This document shows, in pieces, positions 1-10,789 of a stretch of 64,000 nucleotides of DNA. The notes beneath the pieces were generated by a model, which was given only the letters and a program-made list of their open reading frames with translations, had not been told where the DNA came from and ran no database searches. This stretch comes from Minutocellus sp. GHC0000111 (Eukaryota): NCBI GenBank assembly GCA_977018835.1, contig OZ361259.1, positions 434,001 to 498,000 on the forward strand, written 5' to 3'. Within the stretch, counting starts at the first letter, position 1. Each line of letters opens with the position of its first letter. Position numbers and translations under genes: made by a program.

Positions 1-276
1 AAAAGCCTGCCTAAAATGGCGATGCCATCCTCGGCCGGCTTGCTTTTTAGTACCAGGTCTACCTAAGCTACTGCAGCAGTCGTGCAAAATTTTTCGATGC
101 ATGCATTTCTTTAAGTAACAACCCTAATGACCCTATGACTTTTCGAGGCAAGGTCCACCAGATCCCCCCTCCACTCCACCCCCCACAAATTTAATCTTGC
201 TACACAAGCTAAATTTGTAGCTGAGGGCTCGGGTACCTTGAGCCAATTCAGGCCTTGGTTGCCTTTTTTGTGTCAG

Positions 277-1788
277 ATGTGTCGGAGAACGTGCCAAAGC
301 ATGACCACCTCACAATTTCGAAGAACCATGGCCCCTGATACCCAGCCGCCTCAGCGGATCGTATCCCTACTGGGAGCTTCGACGGAGACCATATATCGTC
401 TCGGCCTTGGACATCTCCTCGTTGGTCGCTCACATGAGTGCGATTGGCCTCCGAAGGTTCTTAACCTCGCCTGTGTGTCTGCCCCACGCCTGGACGTCGA
501 TGCCTCGTCGTCGGCTACAATCGATGCGACCGTGAGGGAACGCGCAGCGGAGGGACAGCCCATGTACAAGCTGGATGACAATGTAATTTCCGTACTTCAG
601 CCAGATTTGATCATTGCGCAGGACCATTGTCGCGTTTGCGCCATCACTCCGGCTGATCTGGCGAGGGCCGACGCAAAGGCGCAAAGCTCTGCTACATGCA
701 GCAATATCAAGCAGCTCGTGGTACGTCCCTCCACGTTGGAGGATTGCATGGACAATATTACCACCATTGCCGAAACGTTGGGTGTTTCTGAACGCGGTTT
801 GATGCTTCGGCAAACGCTGGAAGAGAGGTTGGACCGTGTGCGTGCCGTGGTGTCGGATGCTCGTCCCAAAGATGCAACCAGCGTGCCTCGAGTAGCTTTA
901 CTTGAGTGGTGTGAACCAATTATGGGTTGTGGCTATTGGCTCCCAGAGCTTGTTGAACTTGCAGGTGGATATCCCCTCCATTGTCCACCCAGTGGTACTG
1001 GAGGAGCGACGTCCAGCATATCTTATGAGACCCTGATGGATTCCCGTCCCGACGTGGTAATCTTTGCTCTATGTGGTTTTGGCTTGACACGAGCTGCCAG
1101 TGAGCTTCTGAACTCTTGGGGAGAAGAATGGTTGAAAGAATTGCAAGAAAGAGTGCCTGTATACATCGTGGATGGCAACTACTTGGTCAACCGGTCAGGT
1201 CCGCGCCTAGTGGAATCAGCCGAAGCAATTGCAGAAGCAATCCATGACAAATTGAGAGGACATTTTGGACATTACGGAACAGAGTTTTTATGCTCATTGG
1301 ATGATGCCATTGATATGGCTCGTCGAGGATTGCACACCGGCAGCAAAAAGGCCCGCCCTCCTCCGGCCATTGATGGTAGTGCGGAAGAGAAAAATGTGGC
1401 AAATCTTGATCAGGAAAAGACCAACTTGCCTGTGCAGACCCCTACTGAAGTAGTCAAAGAGCAGCTACGACTGTTGCGCACGGGAGATGTTGCACATGCA
1501 TTCGTATTAAATAGCGCTGCCAACCAAGTGCGTTGGTGCGGCCCAGAACGTTTTGAGGCAGTTCTAGGTGGACATGATGATTTTCGACGACTGTTGAGTG
1601 AGGAGGCGGAGATTGGCGATAGTGAAGAAAGGGACGGAATTGCCACCGTTCCTGTAACTTTGCCAGCAGGTGAAAATTCCAAGAGAGTGAATCTCATTTG
1701 GACCATGGTGATTGACAAGTCAGATGACGGAAAGACGTCATCATGGCGAACCGAGAAGGTAGGTTCTAGAGTTCTGATAACTCTCTAG
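277..1788 (+). CDS. BtuF/TroA-like (cobalamin/Fe-siderophore-type) substrate-binding protein with a C-terminal DUF4864-like domain
   Basis: RIVSLLGASTETIYRLG..LVGRSHECDWP, PDLIIAQDHCRVCA, ALLEWCEP..GYWLPELVELAGG and VDGNYLVNRSGPRLVES match the bacterial-type BtuF-like family. The C-terminal PTEVVKEQL..L..GD...AF..NS..N segment resembles DUF4864. The start could be ATG 277, 301 or 328. Confidence 0.75.
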   Translation: MCRRTCQSMTTSQFRRTMAPDTQPPQRIVSLLGASTETIYRLGLGHLLVGRSHECDWPPKVLNLACVSAPRLDVDASSSATIDATVRERAAEGQPMYKLDDNVISVLQPDLIIAQDHCRVCAITPADLARADAKAQSSATCSNIKQLVVRPSTLEDCMDNITTIAETLGVSERGLMLRQTLEERLDRVRAVVSDARPKDATSVPRVALLEWCEPIMGCGYWLPELVELAGGYPLHCPPSGTGGATSSISYETLMDSRPDVVIFALCGFGLTRAASELLNSWGEEWLKELQERVPVYIVDGNYLVNRSGPRLVESAEAIAEAIHDKLRGHFGHYGTEFLCSLDDAIDMARRGLHTGSKKARPPPAIDGSAEEKNVANLDQEKTNLPVQTPTEVVKEQLRLLRTGDVAHAFVLNSAANQVRWCGPERFEAVLGGHDDFRRLLSEEAEIGDSEERDGIATVPVTLPAGENSKRVNLIWTMVIDKSDDGKTSSWRTEKVGSRVLITL

Positions 1789-1846
1789 CTATCTAACCTA
1801 GCTACGTAGCTAGTAACCTATTTCCATATCTTATGGAACCATTCTG

Positions 1847-3053
1847 TCACTGCACATGCTCCAAGCTCAGCCAAATAATTCCAATGATTACAACTCCACA
1901 TGACATTAGGGTTGATGTCTTCTCTCTTTTGAATCTCACGGTACCAAAATATGCCCCACAAGCCACTCACCAATAGGGAGGCTTGGCCAAGCGAATAACC
2001 CAAGAAATCTCCGAGAGTTGATATCGCCAAAATGCTCGAAAAATTACCAACGGAGTACAGTGCCCCAGCCAAGCATCCAGGAGCCCACATGACACGAATA
2101 TGAAAGGATGGTAAAGCACTGTGTGCTTGCTGAATAGATCCCATCTTGATAGTATTGTTTGCAAGGCGAACTGCCCACATCAAGGCCGTAATGATCATTG
2201 CGCCAGTGCCGAATGATATGGCAGACTTTAGTCCTCTTGCATTGTGACCTGCGTAATGAAGCGGCACCATGATTGAGGCAGCAAGAAATCCATTGAAGGC
2301 AGCCATGGCAAGGCCCAAATGATACTGCGTGTCGTGAATTATGATGAGATCCACCTCCTTCTCGCTCCATGGCGGCTTACCAGAATGAGGGTAGTGTTCT
2401 AAATCCAACTTGACATATCCATCGTCAGTCAGCGGTTCCAACTCGACGGCAGTATCGTCGTTCGCAGATGTTGCTCCATAGTCGGTCTTGGTGACACTGG
2501 ACGTCAGTGGATCTGCTTCGATATCTTCCTGCACAAACGGTCCCATCTCCTCAACATGATGTTGTCGTATGGCCTTGGATCTGCCCTTTTGATGCGATGG
2601 CGATGAAAAGTAGGCGATACCCCACAGACCAACGCAAAGTAAGCTTGCTGCGCCAATCGTTTCGGAGATGGATGACACTTTCTCGCCAAAGATGCAGATT
2701 CCCCAGAGGAAGCTGATGAATACTATTAAGCTGGACCATATGCCAACACTGACGGCGAGACCTGCTCTTCGAACGGCATAGATGCCAGCGGTTCCAGCTG
2801 GTACCCAAAAGCTGGCGGATACAAGGCCCCACCATGTGAAAGAGGGTCTGGTATCCAATAGCAAAACTAACCAGGACATGGCAAACACCATGATGCTCTT
2901 GTAGGATTGAAAGACCAGCGGATCGACGTCGACCTTGGTGGCAGCTTCGCCTTTCATCGGAACGCTGTAACTACCAAAGGATAGGGCGGCTACAAATGCA
3001 GCCACCAATCCTATCCACTCCTTGCCGGCTTCTGTTGGCGGTTGGCTTGACGT
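1847..3053 (-). pseudogene. TMEM144-like (DMT superfamily) transporter, apparently disrupted
   Basis: FGSYSVPMK, DPLVFQSYKS, GLAVSVGIWS and QASLLVSGLWGIFWYREI. There is no in-frame ATG at the N-terminus: an ACG at 3051-3053 begins (M)SSQPPTEAGKEWIGL, with an in-frame TAA just upstream. The last TM helix (LMSCGVVIIGIIWLSLEHVQ*, stop 1847-1849) lies in another frame after a shift near 1910. Confidence 0.7.
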
Positions 3054-3427
3054 GGGTGTACTTTTCGATTATCCTACTTGTATTGTTTTCGTGAAGGATT
3101 ATTGGGGAGAGATGATCAATTATATCTCGACGTTGATCTGATTTAATGGTCGACGGTCGCTTGTTGACTTGACTAATTAATTGTTCTGCTTGCTGGTGGT
3201 GATGGCCGGATTTGAAGATTGCAGGATTAGGAAGCAGCCCGAGCGGATGCGAACTGTGCGAACCGAGCGCAAGGGTCGAGCGGTCGACGTCCAGACCATC
3301 TCTGCTCGCGCGCGCGCGCTCGCGCTCGCCCCGCTCGGCCCGCCACAGACCAATGCTTTGAATTGAACTTGTGGAAGAGAGCTGTTTCGCGGTACCTTTC
3401 TTCTCCCCCAACTGAGCCCCTCACTTC

Positions 3428-4687
3428 ATGAGCCTCCTCTTCATCCGGCTGGCTCTGTTGCTTTTCGTGCTACTTCTTGTTGCGGTCGAATCCCTCTCCA
3501 CTTCCACTCCAGCCATGACTCCTGCAGTTGCTGCCGCCGCAGCTGCCGGCAAGGCACGCCTCTCCGTCCGCATCGTCAGCTACAACGTCCTCTCGTCGCA
3601 TCTGGCCTCGCCGGATCACTTTACAGCGTGCAAACCGGAAGATTTGGATTTTGCCAACCGTCTCCCCCGCGTTTTGTCCAAATTGGAAGCCGAGATGAAC
3701 GACTGCCAGACCATGGACAAGCCCGTCATATTTTGTCTGCAGGAGATTAGCCATTCGTTCGCTGGACCACTTCACACATTCTTTGCGAATAATCGCTACA
3801 CGATGATCACTGGTCTCTATGGAAAGCCGTTTAACAATTACATGGGCATTGCGTTGGCCTATCCTATTGATGCGTATGAAACCATTGCCGCTGAGCAGGT
3901 GCGGTTGAGTGATTGTCGTACCCAGGGTTGGCCGAGAGAGCCGCGCATTGAGGCCGAGGGCATTTCGGGCAAAATAAGCAATGCGAAGCGGAGTCTGCGT
4001 AAGTTTTCACAGGGCAGTCTCAAGCGTGGCATCCGATCCATCGTGGGTCCCATGCGAGATTTGCTCCGACTTCCGCCTCCACCCAAGGATCCCATCGATC
4101 CATGGCAAATGTCTGAAAATAGACAGAATATTCTTGTATCGGTCTGTCTCAAGGAGCGAGTTGGGGCTGGAGATGGGCAAACCTTTTGTCTGTCCAACTA
4201 TCACATGCCATGTGCCTTCTACGCCCCACCGGTGATGAACATTCATGCTGGTCTTGCCGCCAAGCATTGTCAGGACTTTGCCGCTACTGTGGGGCCCTGT
4301 CCGCATATTCTGGCGGGCGATTTCAACCTGATGCCAGATTCGGCGCACTACAAGATGCTGACGACTGGCGTCCTCCCTCGTTTCGATCCAACTTACCCAG
4401 CTGAGAAGCATGGGATGGTATGGCAACCAGAGGCGAAGCCAATGCAAAGTGCATACGCTGTCAGTAGCCATGGCGAACCCGATTATACCAACTATGCCAA
4501 GATACGCGATGCTGAACCCTTCATTGGTACTTTAGATTACATCTTTCTTTCCGATGAGTGGGATGTTGACGATGTCCAAAAGATTCCTTCTCGAGAGGAA
4601 TATCCCGGCCCTTTCCCAACGGAGGCCGAGCCCAGCGATCACTTGTTGATTTCGGCCGATTTGTCCTTGTCTGGCTCGAGCAAATAA
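3428..4687 (+). CDS. CCR4/nocturnin/PDE12-like EEP-superfamily phosphoesterase with a signal peptide
   Basis: Motifs SYNVLS, CLQE, NYH, GDFN, LDYIF and PSDH; hydrophobic N-terminus. Confidence 0.85.
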   Translation: MSLLFIRLALLLFVLLLVAVESLSTSTPAMTPAVAAAAAAGKARLSVRIVSYNVLSSHLASPDHFTACKPEDLDFANRLPRVLSKLEAEMNDCQTMDKPVIFCLQEISHSFAGPLHTFFANNRYTMITGLYGKPFNNYMGIALAYPIDAYETIAAEQVRLSDCRTQGWPREPRIEAEGISGKISNAKRSLRKFSQGSLKRGIRSIVGPMRDLLRLPPPPKDPIDPWQMSENRQNILVSVCLKERVGAGDGQTFCLSNYHMPCAFYAPPVMNIHAGLAAKHCQDFAATVGPCPHILAGDFNLMPDSAHYKMLTTGVLPRFDPTYPAEKHGMVWQPEAKPMQSAYAVSSHGEPDYTNYAKIRDAEPFIGTLDYIFLSDEWDVDDVQKIPSREEYPGPFPTEAEPSDHLLISADLSLSGSSK

Positions 4688-4843
4688 TTGGCCCGAGAAT
4701 AATTTTCACCGCAGATAAATTAGAATTGAATTCCTACTGGATGGAAGCGTTGCAAAATACTAGTAACTTTGTCTCAATTTTTTTTCTACAAATTAGCTTA
4801 GGTACTTTGTCTAAGCCAGCTGACAGTATAACTCAAAAATTGC

Positions 4844-6748
4844 TTATGCATAGTTGTCAGGAGGCTGGTAACTTCCGCCACGACCAAGCATGATGCCTGA
4901 TTTGTCACTTCGGTTGCGACGCGGGCTGAGCTTGTTCTTGATTTTGTCGCTCAGCTTGGGCCTCCATGGGGTGTTCCTCGTCAGGGACCGGTGCAGGAAG
5001 CAGGCCCAGATGGTCATGATCGAGCACAGCGCGGTCAAGCCAAGGATGGCCCAAATCTGTCCGGCCGTCACCTCACCTGTCTCGGCGTAACGATTCTCAC
5101 GGTTATCCTTCACGTACTGAGAAGTCTCAAGGTAGATGTAACCGTTCTCATCGTACTGGCCGGTGACAACATTCTTGATGAAGCCGCAGACCTCCTTCTC
5201 ATTGGCCTCCTGATTGTAGCCCTGATACGAACCATCCTCGGCATCGTACATGAACCGGTTGCACTTGCCGGCGCCCTGATAGAGATTCTCACAAAGCTCG
5301 TTGATGTCATCACCATCCTCCTCGTCGCCATCAACATTTTGATACGCCTTGTCAGATTCGCGGCACGACGTGCAAGACGAATCGTAGTACATTTCGAGCT
5401 CGCTGCCGTCGTACTCATATCCCATCACATTGTAGAACGAGACCTCATCCCCAACGTAGACGGAGCATTCCTCATCGGAGTAAACACCGATGCTAATCGT
5501 TGTCTTATCAGACTCGCAATGTGGGCCGAGGTAGTAACCATTGCCTCCCACCTGCTGACATTCAAAGTACTCCGTCAGATCGTTGTTGTTGTTTCCACCT
5601 CCATTGTTGTTGTTGTCATTGCACACGTTCGCATACGTGGAGCAAGCATTGTAATTGTAATCCGAGCAGCTGTATACCTGGTAATTGTTTCCGTCTTCTT
5701 GGGCGTCATCGGCGTTATCCTCGTCTGCGGCAGCGTCTTCAAGCCGACGGCGACGAGCACCTTCACCTTCACCCTCCTGTCCTTCCTGGCCCTGTGGTCG
5801 ATTTAAAAAGGCGAAGAAGCGAATGTAAAAAGAGTCCGGATTGAGATACGATATGTATGTGTTCCGACAAATATCATGAAAGGTCGAAGAAACAATGAAA
5901 ATGAAAAAAATACTCACCTCGTCCCTGTCTTCTTCGTTGTTTTCCTCCTCCCGATCATCCTCTTCGCCCTCCTGCTCCTGCTCCTGCTCCTGCTGATCCT
6001 GGTTCTCCTGGTTCTGCTCTTGGTCATTGTCACCATCCTGATTGTTGTTGTTGTTGTTGTCGTCGCCATTCTGGTTCTGGTTGTTGTACCAGTTCTGGTT
6101 GTTGTAGTTGTCCTGTTGCTGTTGCTGCTGCCACTCCTCCTCGGCCTGGACGCACTCCTCGCAGTACTCGCAGTACCTCTCGAGCTGCTCGGCCTTGTAC
6201 TCCTTGAGGAATTGGAGGTAGTCGGCCATGTCGAGGATGTACTCTCCGTAGTTGTTGCTGCAACCGAAGGTCCGGGTGTCGGAACAGGAATCGGTGGGAC
6301 ACAGACGAAAGACGACGAACTTTTGCGAGTTGACGACAGCGTCCTGTCCGCCCTGCTCGGCCAGCTCTTCGGACCACGTGGCGACGGCGGAACATCCGGC
6401 GTACTTGAGGGAGTAGTCGGCGACGTCGAAGCCAAAGTCGTTCCACACATTGTCCTCATTGGCGTCGGCGTCGTCGAGCTTACGGATCTGGCCCTGCTGC
6501 TGAGCCTGAGCGGGACGGGGCACGGCGGCGGCGGCAATCTTCCGTCGAAGGTTGGCGGCGGCGGCCTTCTCGGCGCGGACCTTGCGGGCGGACGATTCCA
6601 TGGTCCTCATGAATTCGTTCCTTTGGGCGGCCATACCACCAGAGGGGCTAGCAGCCGAAGCCGCACTGGTGCCAACGGCCGACGTGCCAAAGAGCAGGAC
6701 GGCGGCAATGGACGCCGGACGTCGGAGGGAGCTTTGGATCAGCGGCAT
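4844..6748 (-). CDS. Silicanin (Sin1)-family diatom type-I membrane protein; intron 5792-5917
   Basis: Signal peptide, RKL/RRL processing motifs, YSLKYAGC..FVVFRLCP.DSC..GC..NYGEY..DM..YL, N/Q/E-rich tracts, YLGPHC, ELCENLY..AGKC, one C-terminal TM helix and a basic cytosolic tail. The intron is GTGAGT...CAG, 126 nt. Confidence 0.75.
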   Translation of the reverse strand: MPLIQSSLRRPASIAAVLLFGTSAVGTSAASAASPSGGMAAQRNEFMRTMESSARKVRAEKAAAANLRRKIAAAAVPRPAQAQQQGQIRKLDDADANEDNVWNDFGFDVADYSLKYAGCSAVATWSEELAEQGGQDAVVNSQKFVVFRLCPTDSCSDTRTFGCSNNYGEYILDMADYLQFLKEYKAEQLERYCEYCEECVQAEEEWQQQQQQDNYNNQNWYNNQNQNGDDNNNNNNQDGDNDQEQNQENQDQQEQEQEQEGEEDDREEENNEEDRDEVSIFFIFIVSSTFHDICRNTYISYLNPDSFYIRFFAFLNRPQGQEGQEGEGEGARRRRLEDAAADEDNADDAQEDGNNYQVYSCSDYNYNACSTYANVCNDNNNNGGGNNNNDLTEYFECQQVGGNGYYLGPHCESDKTTISIGVYSDEECSVYVGDEVSFYNVMGYEYDGSELEMYYDSSCTSCRESDKAYQNVDGDEEDGDDINELCENLYQGAGKCNRFMYDAEDGSYQGYNQEANEKEVCGFIKNVVTGQYDENGYIYLETSQYVKDNRENRYAETGEVTAGQIWAILGLTALCSIMTIWACFLHRSLTRNTPWRPKLSDKIKNKLSPRRNRSDKSGIMLGRGGSYQPPDNYA

Positions 6749-7337
6749 TTTGGTTGTACAATTTTGTTCTGTACGATTCTTGGAAGCAAAGAAGAAAAAG
6801 TAGGCGGTGCGATGCGATACAAGATGTGCTGCTTTGCTTTTTGAATGATTAAATCCAACACACAAAGATACCAGAGTTGAAAGAGAAGGGTTGCTCTCGA
6901 TTCAATTCAGTTCAATTCCACGCCGTAAGCCTTCAGAGGGAGTTGTTATCAATTCAAGAGATCGAGAGGCTGACGAGAGGCGAAGCGTTGGCTGGGTCGG
7001 TTTCTTTCATGGACAAGACCCGCCTTTCCTTCTTCGCCAATATTTGCTGCCTCCGGGTTTTTGAGTTGTGTGACGTCACAAAGAAGGCCATCCAAAACCA
7101 TCGTTTTTTTTCTCGCCAGGCAACAAGTTCACGCCGCACCACAAGCGAGGAGGACCAACCGTCGAATTCCCATGCACGGCACCAACCTCACCAAATCTGC
7201 AAACGCAAACCACAAGACGTGCCGGAATTTGCATTGCTTGTTGGATACCCTCCCAGGATACCGGCGTAGCAATACGATAGAGCCCAAGCAAATCATTCTC
7301 ATTCAGACATATAATTCATCCGCCTGCTAACGGAACA

Positions 7338-10300
7338 ATGCCCACGTGTCACGCCCCCGACGTTGAAGAGGAGCCGATGGGGACCGACCCACCGCCTCCT
7401 CTGCCCGCTGCCGCTGCCAATGCCCCTGCCGAGATTCCTCGCGACCCCATGGCGTCCGTCCCCGTCGGCGGCGGGGGGGATCCGGCCGCCACGGCCCTCC
7501 TGGCCTTGGGCGAGGACGACGAGGCGCCGCCTCCGGCACCTACAGGGGGCGAGACTCGAACGGGCGGACTGCACGAGGCCGAGGGCGAGCGGGAGCCCAA
7601 GCTCGCCCGCCTGGCCGCTGGTGAGCATCACCATGCTAATCATGTGGATCCGCACGCTGCCGCCGCCGACGCCGAGATGGCCTCGGCGGCCGCGGCCGCC
7701 GCGGAGGCCCTGGCGGATGTCCATCACAACCCGCACGACGAGCAGCATCACCACCATCCCACGCAGCAGCATGCACACGGAGCTCCTCCTCCTCCTGCAG
7801 CGGCGGCGTATCCCGGTGCTCCTGCTCCTCACAATGAAGGTCATGCTCACGCAGGTTACGATCCGGCCGCCGCGGCGCATTACCACCAGCATCAGCAGCA
7901 CCAGCAGGCCTACGCCCAGCACTACGCCCACCATCATCCGCATTACGACTACACGGCCGCCTACGCACAGCACCAGCACGAGGCGTACGAGCAGCACCAT
8001 CATCATCATCATGCACAGGGACAAGGCCAAGCCCAAGGCCAGGATGGATACGTCCCCGGTGGCGAATCTGCCGATGCCGCTCGCGGTGCCGGTGCCAAGG
8101 CTTCAGACGCCAACGCCGGTGCCAATGCCGACGCTGCCACGGCCGCTGCCATCGCTGCCCCAGCCGCTGCCGCCATCCCCGCCCACCGATCCCAGTCTCA
8201 GCTCCAAGCCACCGCAACTGCCAACAGCGCCACCCGGGACGCCAAGTGGAACGCCATGTACGACCTCCTGTGCCAGTACCGCGCCTCCAAGGGCGATTGC
8301 CTCGTCCCCGGCCGGCATCCCAAGCTCGGGCCGTGGGTGCAGGTCCAGCGGGCCCAGTACCGTCTGCACCGCGAGGGCAAGCCCTCGTCCCTAACCCAGG
8401 ACAAGGTCGACCGACTCCAGGCACTGGACTTTACGTGGCAGATCGCCCCCAATCGGGACGAGGCCTGGAACGACATGTACGCGCAATTGGTGGCGTATGC
8501 GCAGGCCAATGGCGGAAGGACCAACGTCCCCAGTCACAGCAAGGACCATCCCAAGTTGGGGAGCTGGTGCAAGCGGCAGAGGAAGACGTATCGGAATTTG
8601 AGGGATGGTAAGTCCAATACCATGAAACCCGAGTGGGTGGACAGGTTGAGGGAGATTGGGTTCGATCTGGACGGATCCGCGACTGCGGCGGGGGGTGGGG
8701 GTCAAGGTCAGGGTGGAGTTGCTGGTGCAGAGGCTGGTGCCGCAGCTGGAGCTGCACCTGCCAATGGTGACGACGACAGCGGCGACGAAGGCGAGGACGA
8801 CGGTGCCTCCAAGCCCGCCGCTGCCAGGAAGGCGACGGAGGACGACGCCACCTTCCACCTCCGTCTCGAGGAGTTGAAGCAATTCGTCGCCGCCGAGGGT
8901 CACGGTGCCATCCCCGAGAACTACCCAGCCAACGAGGTCCTCGGTCGGTGGGCCACCCAAAAGCGCAAGCTCGACGCTGGCAAGCCCACGCGGCTCACCG
9001 CCGAACGCGTCCAGAAGCTCGAGGAGGCTGGATTCGCATGGAATATCTGGGGCAACCGGTCGGAGAAGTGGGATGAAATGTACCAGAAGCTGGTCCAGTA
9101 CAAGGCCGAGCACGGGGCGGTGTACGTTGTCAACAGTGCGAGGACGTCCGATCCGGACCATCGGAAACTGGGCATGTGGTGCGATCGTCAGAAGGCCGCG
9201 TACAAGCTGCGGCAGCAGGGGAAGAACAGCCCGATGACCGAGGAGCGGATCCAGAGGCTGGAAGATATTGGGTGAGTTCTTTTCTTTGCTCATGCGTGTG
9301 CTTGATGACATTGCGTTGTCCTCCTATTCTATGACCTTCTATTCGCTGCAATATCTAACACTTGCACTGTTTGTTTCGTTTGTGTTTCGATTATAGCTTC
9401 GTGTGGCAAACCGCCGAGAATCAGACCACCAATGCCCCCAAGACTCCTAAAGCTAGGACTAGCACAGCTGGTAAGAAGAATACTGGCGAGAAGAAGGAGG
9501 CCGTTGATACTTGGTCCGAGCATTTTGAGGAGCTCAAGGCTTACAAGGAAGCCCACGGTGACTGTCGTGTACCCAAAGCCTACGAAGAGAACAAGAAGCT
9601 CAGTCGGTGGGTCGACCAGCAGCGGTATCAGTACAACAATCGGCAGAAGGGAAAGCCAACCAAGATGACGGACGACAAGCTCAAGAAGCTCGAGGAGATC
9701 GGCTTCGACTTTTCAGCACAGACGCCGCCGGACCAGTGGACTGTGTACTTCAACAAGCTCGTCAAGTATCGAGAGACCGAGGGACATTGCCGAGTGCCGT
9801 ACACGTATCCGGAGGATCCTGGTCTCGGTGCCTGGGTCGACACCTGCCGCACCCAGTACTGGCGTCGCATAAATGGTCGATCGTCGAGAATGACTGATAA
9901 GAGACTCGAACTTCTAGAAGGAATTGGATTTGTATGGGAAATTCCCAATGAGGGTGAGATTGGTATGGACGAAGACCCAGCTTCTTCCTCTCTCGTCACT
10001 CCTTCTTATGACATCGCCCCGTCGAGATCGGCCGCCCGTGTGACGTGGGATACTCGCTTCGATGAGCTTGCCGCCTACAAAGAAGCCAATGGGCACTGTA
10101 ACGTCCCAAGTAATTATGCACAAAACAAGAAACTGGGTTCTTTCGTCAAGAAACAGAGAGAGGATTACCGTAAGAAGAAGAGCGGGAAGAAGAGCCCGAT
10201 GAGCGACACGAGGATTCAAAAATTGGAAGGCATCGGCTTTCAATGGGTAGTCAGCAAAAAGACGGGTGATCAGAGCGCAGACTCGTGGGACCAACGTCTG

Positions 10301-10663
10301 GAGGACCTTCGAGCTTTCAAGGAGCAGCACGGACATTGTTTTGTTCCACGAGTGTACCCTGAGAATCAAGCGCTCTCGTACTGGTGTGAAAGGCAAAGGC
10401 AGGATTATCGCAACATTACTCGAGGAAGGCCAACCAAGATGACGGAGGAACGAATTGCCATCTTGGAACAGGCTGGATTCCAATGGGATGGCAAGCTCAG
10501 TGTGCAGAGAGCTCATGGTATTAATGTTCCACCGACCAAGAGGTCCGCGAAATCAGAAGTGGTTGCTGCCGAGACTGCTGTTGCTGATGCCGTGCCGTTG
10601 GATGATCCAATGAATGCGGTCGGTGCCGATCACGCCAATGCGATGGATGCCGTTCCAATTTAG
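7338..10663 (+). CDS. Helicase-associated (HA, PF03457-type) repeat protein with 8 HA repeats and a His/Ala/Gln-rich N-terminus; intron 9272-9396
   Basis: Repeated W...Y..L..Y...G.C.VP.....LG.WV..QR..Y.....GK...MT..R...LE.IGF.W units. The two ORFs (7338-9275 and 9362-10663) are joined by a GTGAGT...TAG intron that restores IGFVW. Confidence 0.85.
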
Positions 10664-10789
10664 AAGTTGCCGAGCTCACATAATAGTGCTTTAGAATCAT
10701 CGGGCTGCATAAGTAATAAGTAAAACTAAATTCAATGGTCGAGACAATGGTCAAGACAAAGGCGATTTAAAATACTAATAGAGTATCTT

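Noticed and set aside
3300..3345. (CG)n/CGAG-rich tracts in divergent promoters (also 31070-31125)
   Set aside because: Only two short low-complexity instances; function cannot be supported.
4991..9311. Long antisense and alternate-frame ORFs (e.g. 5876-6844 +, 4991-5806 +, 8391-9311 -, 7363-8394 +)
   Set aside because: Shadow ORFs of GC3-rich, low-complexity genes; no independent motifs.
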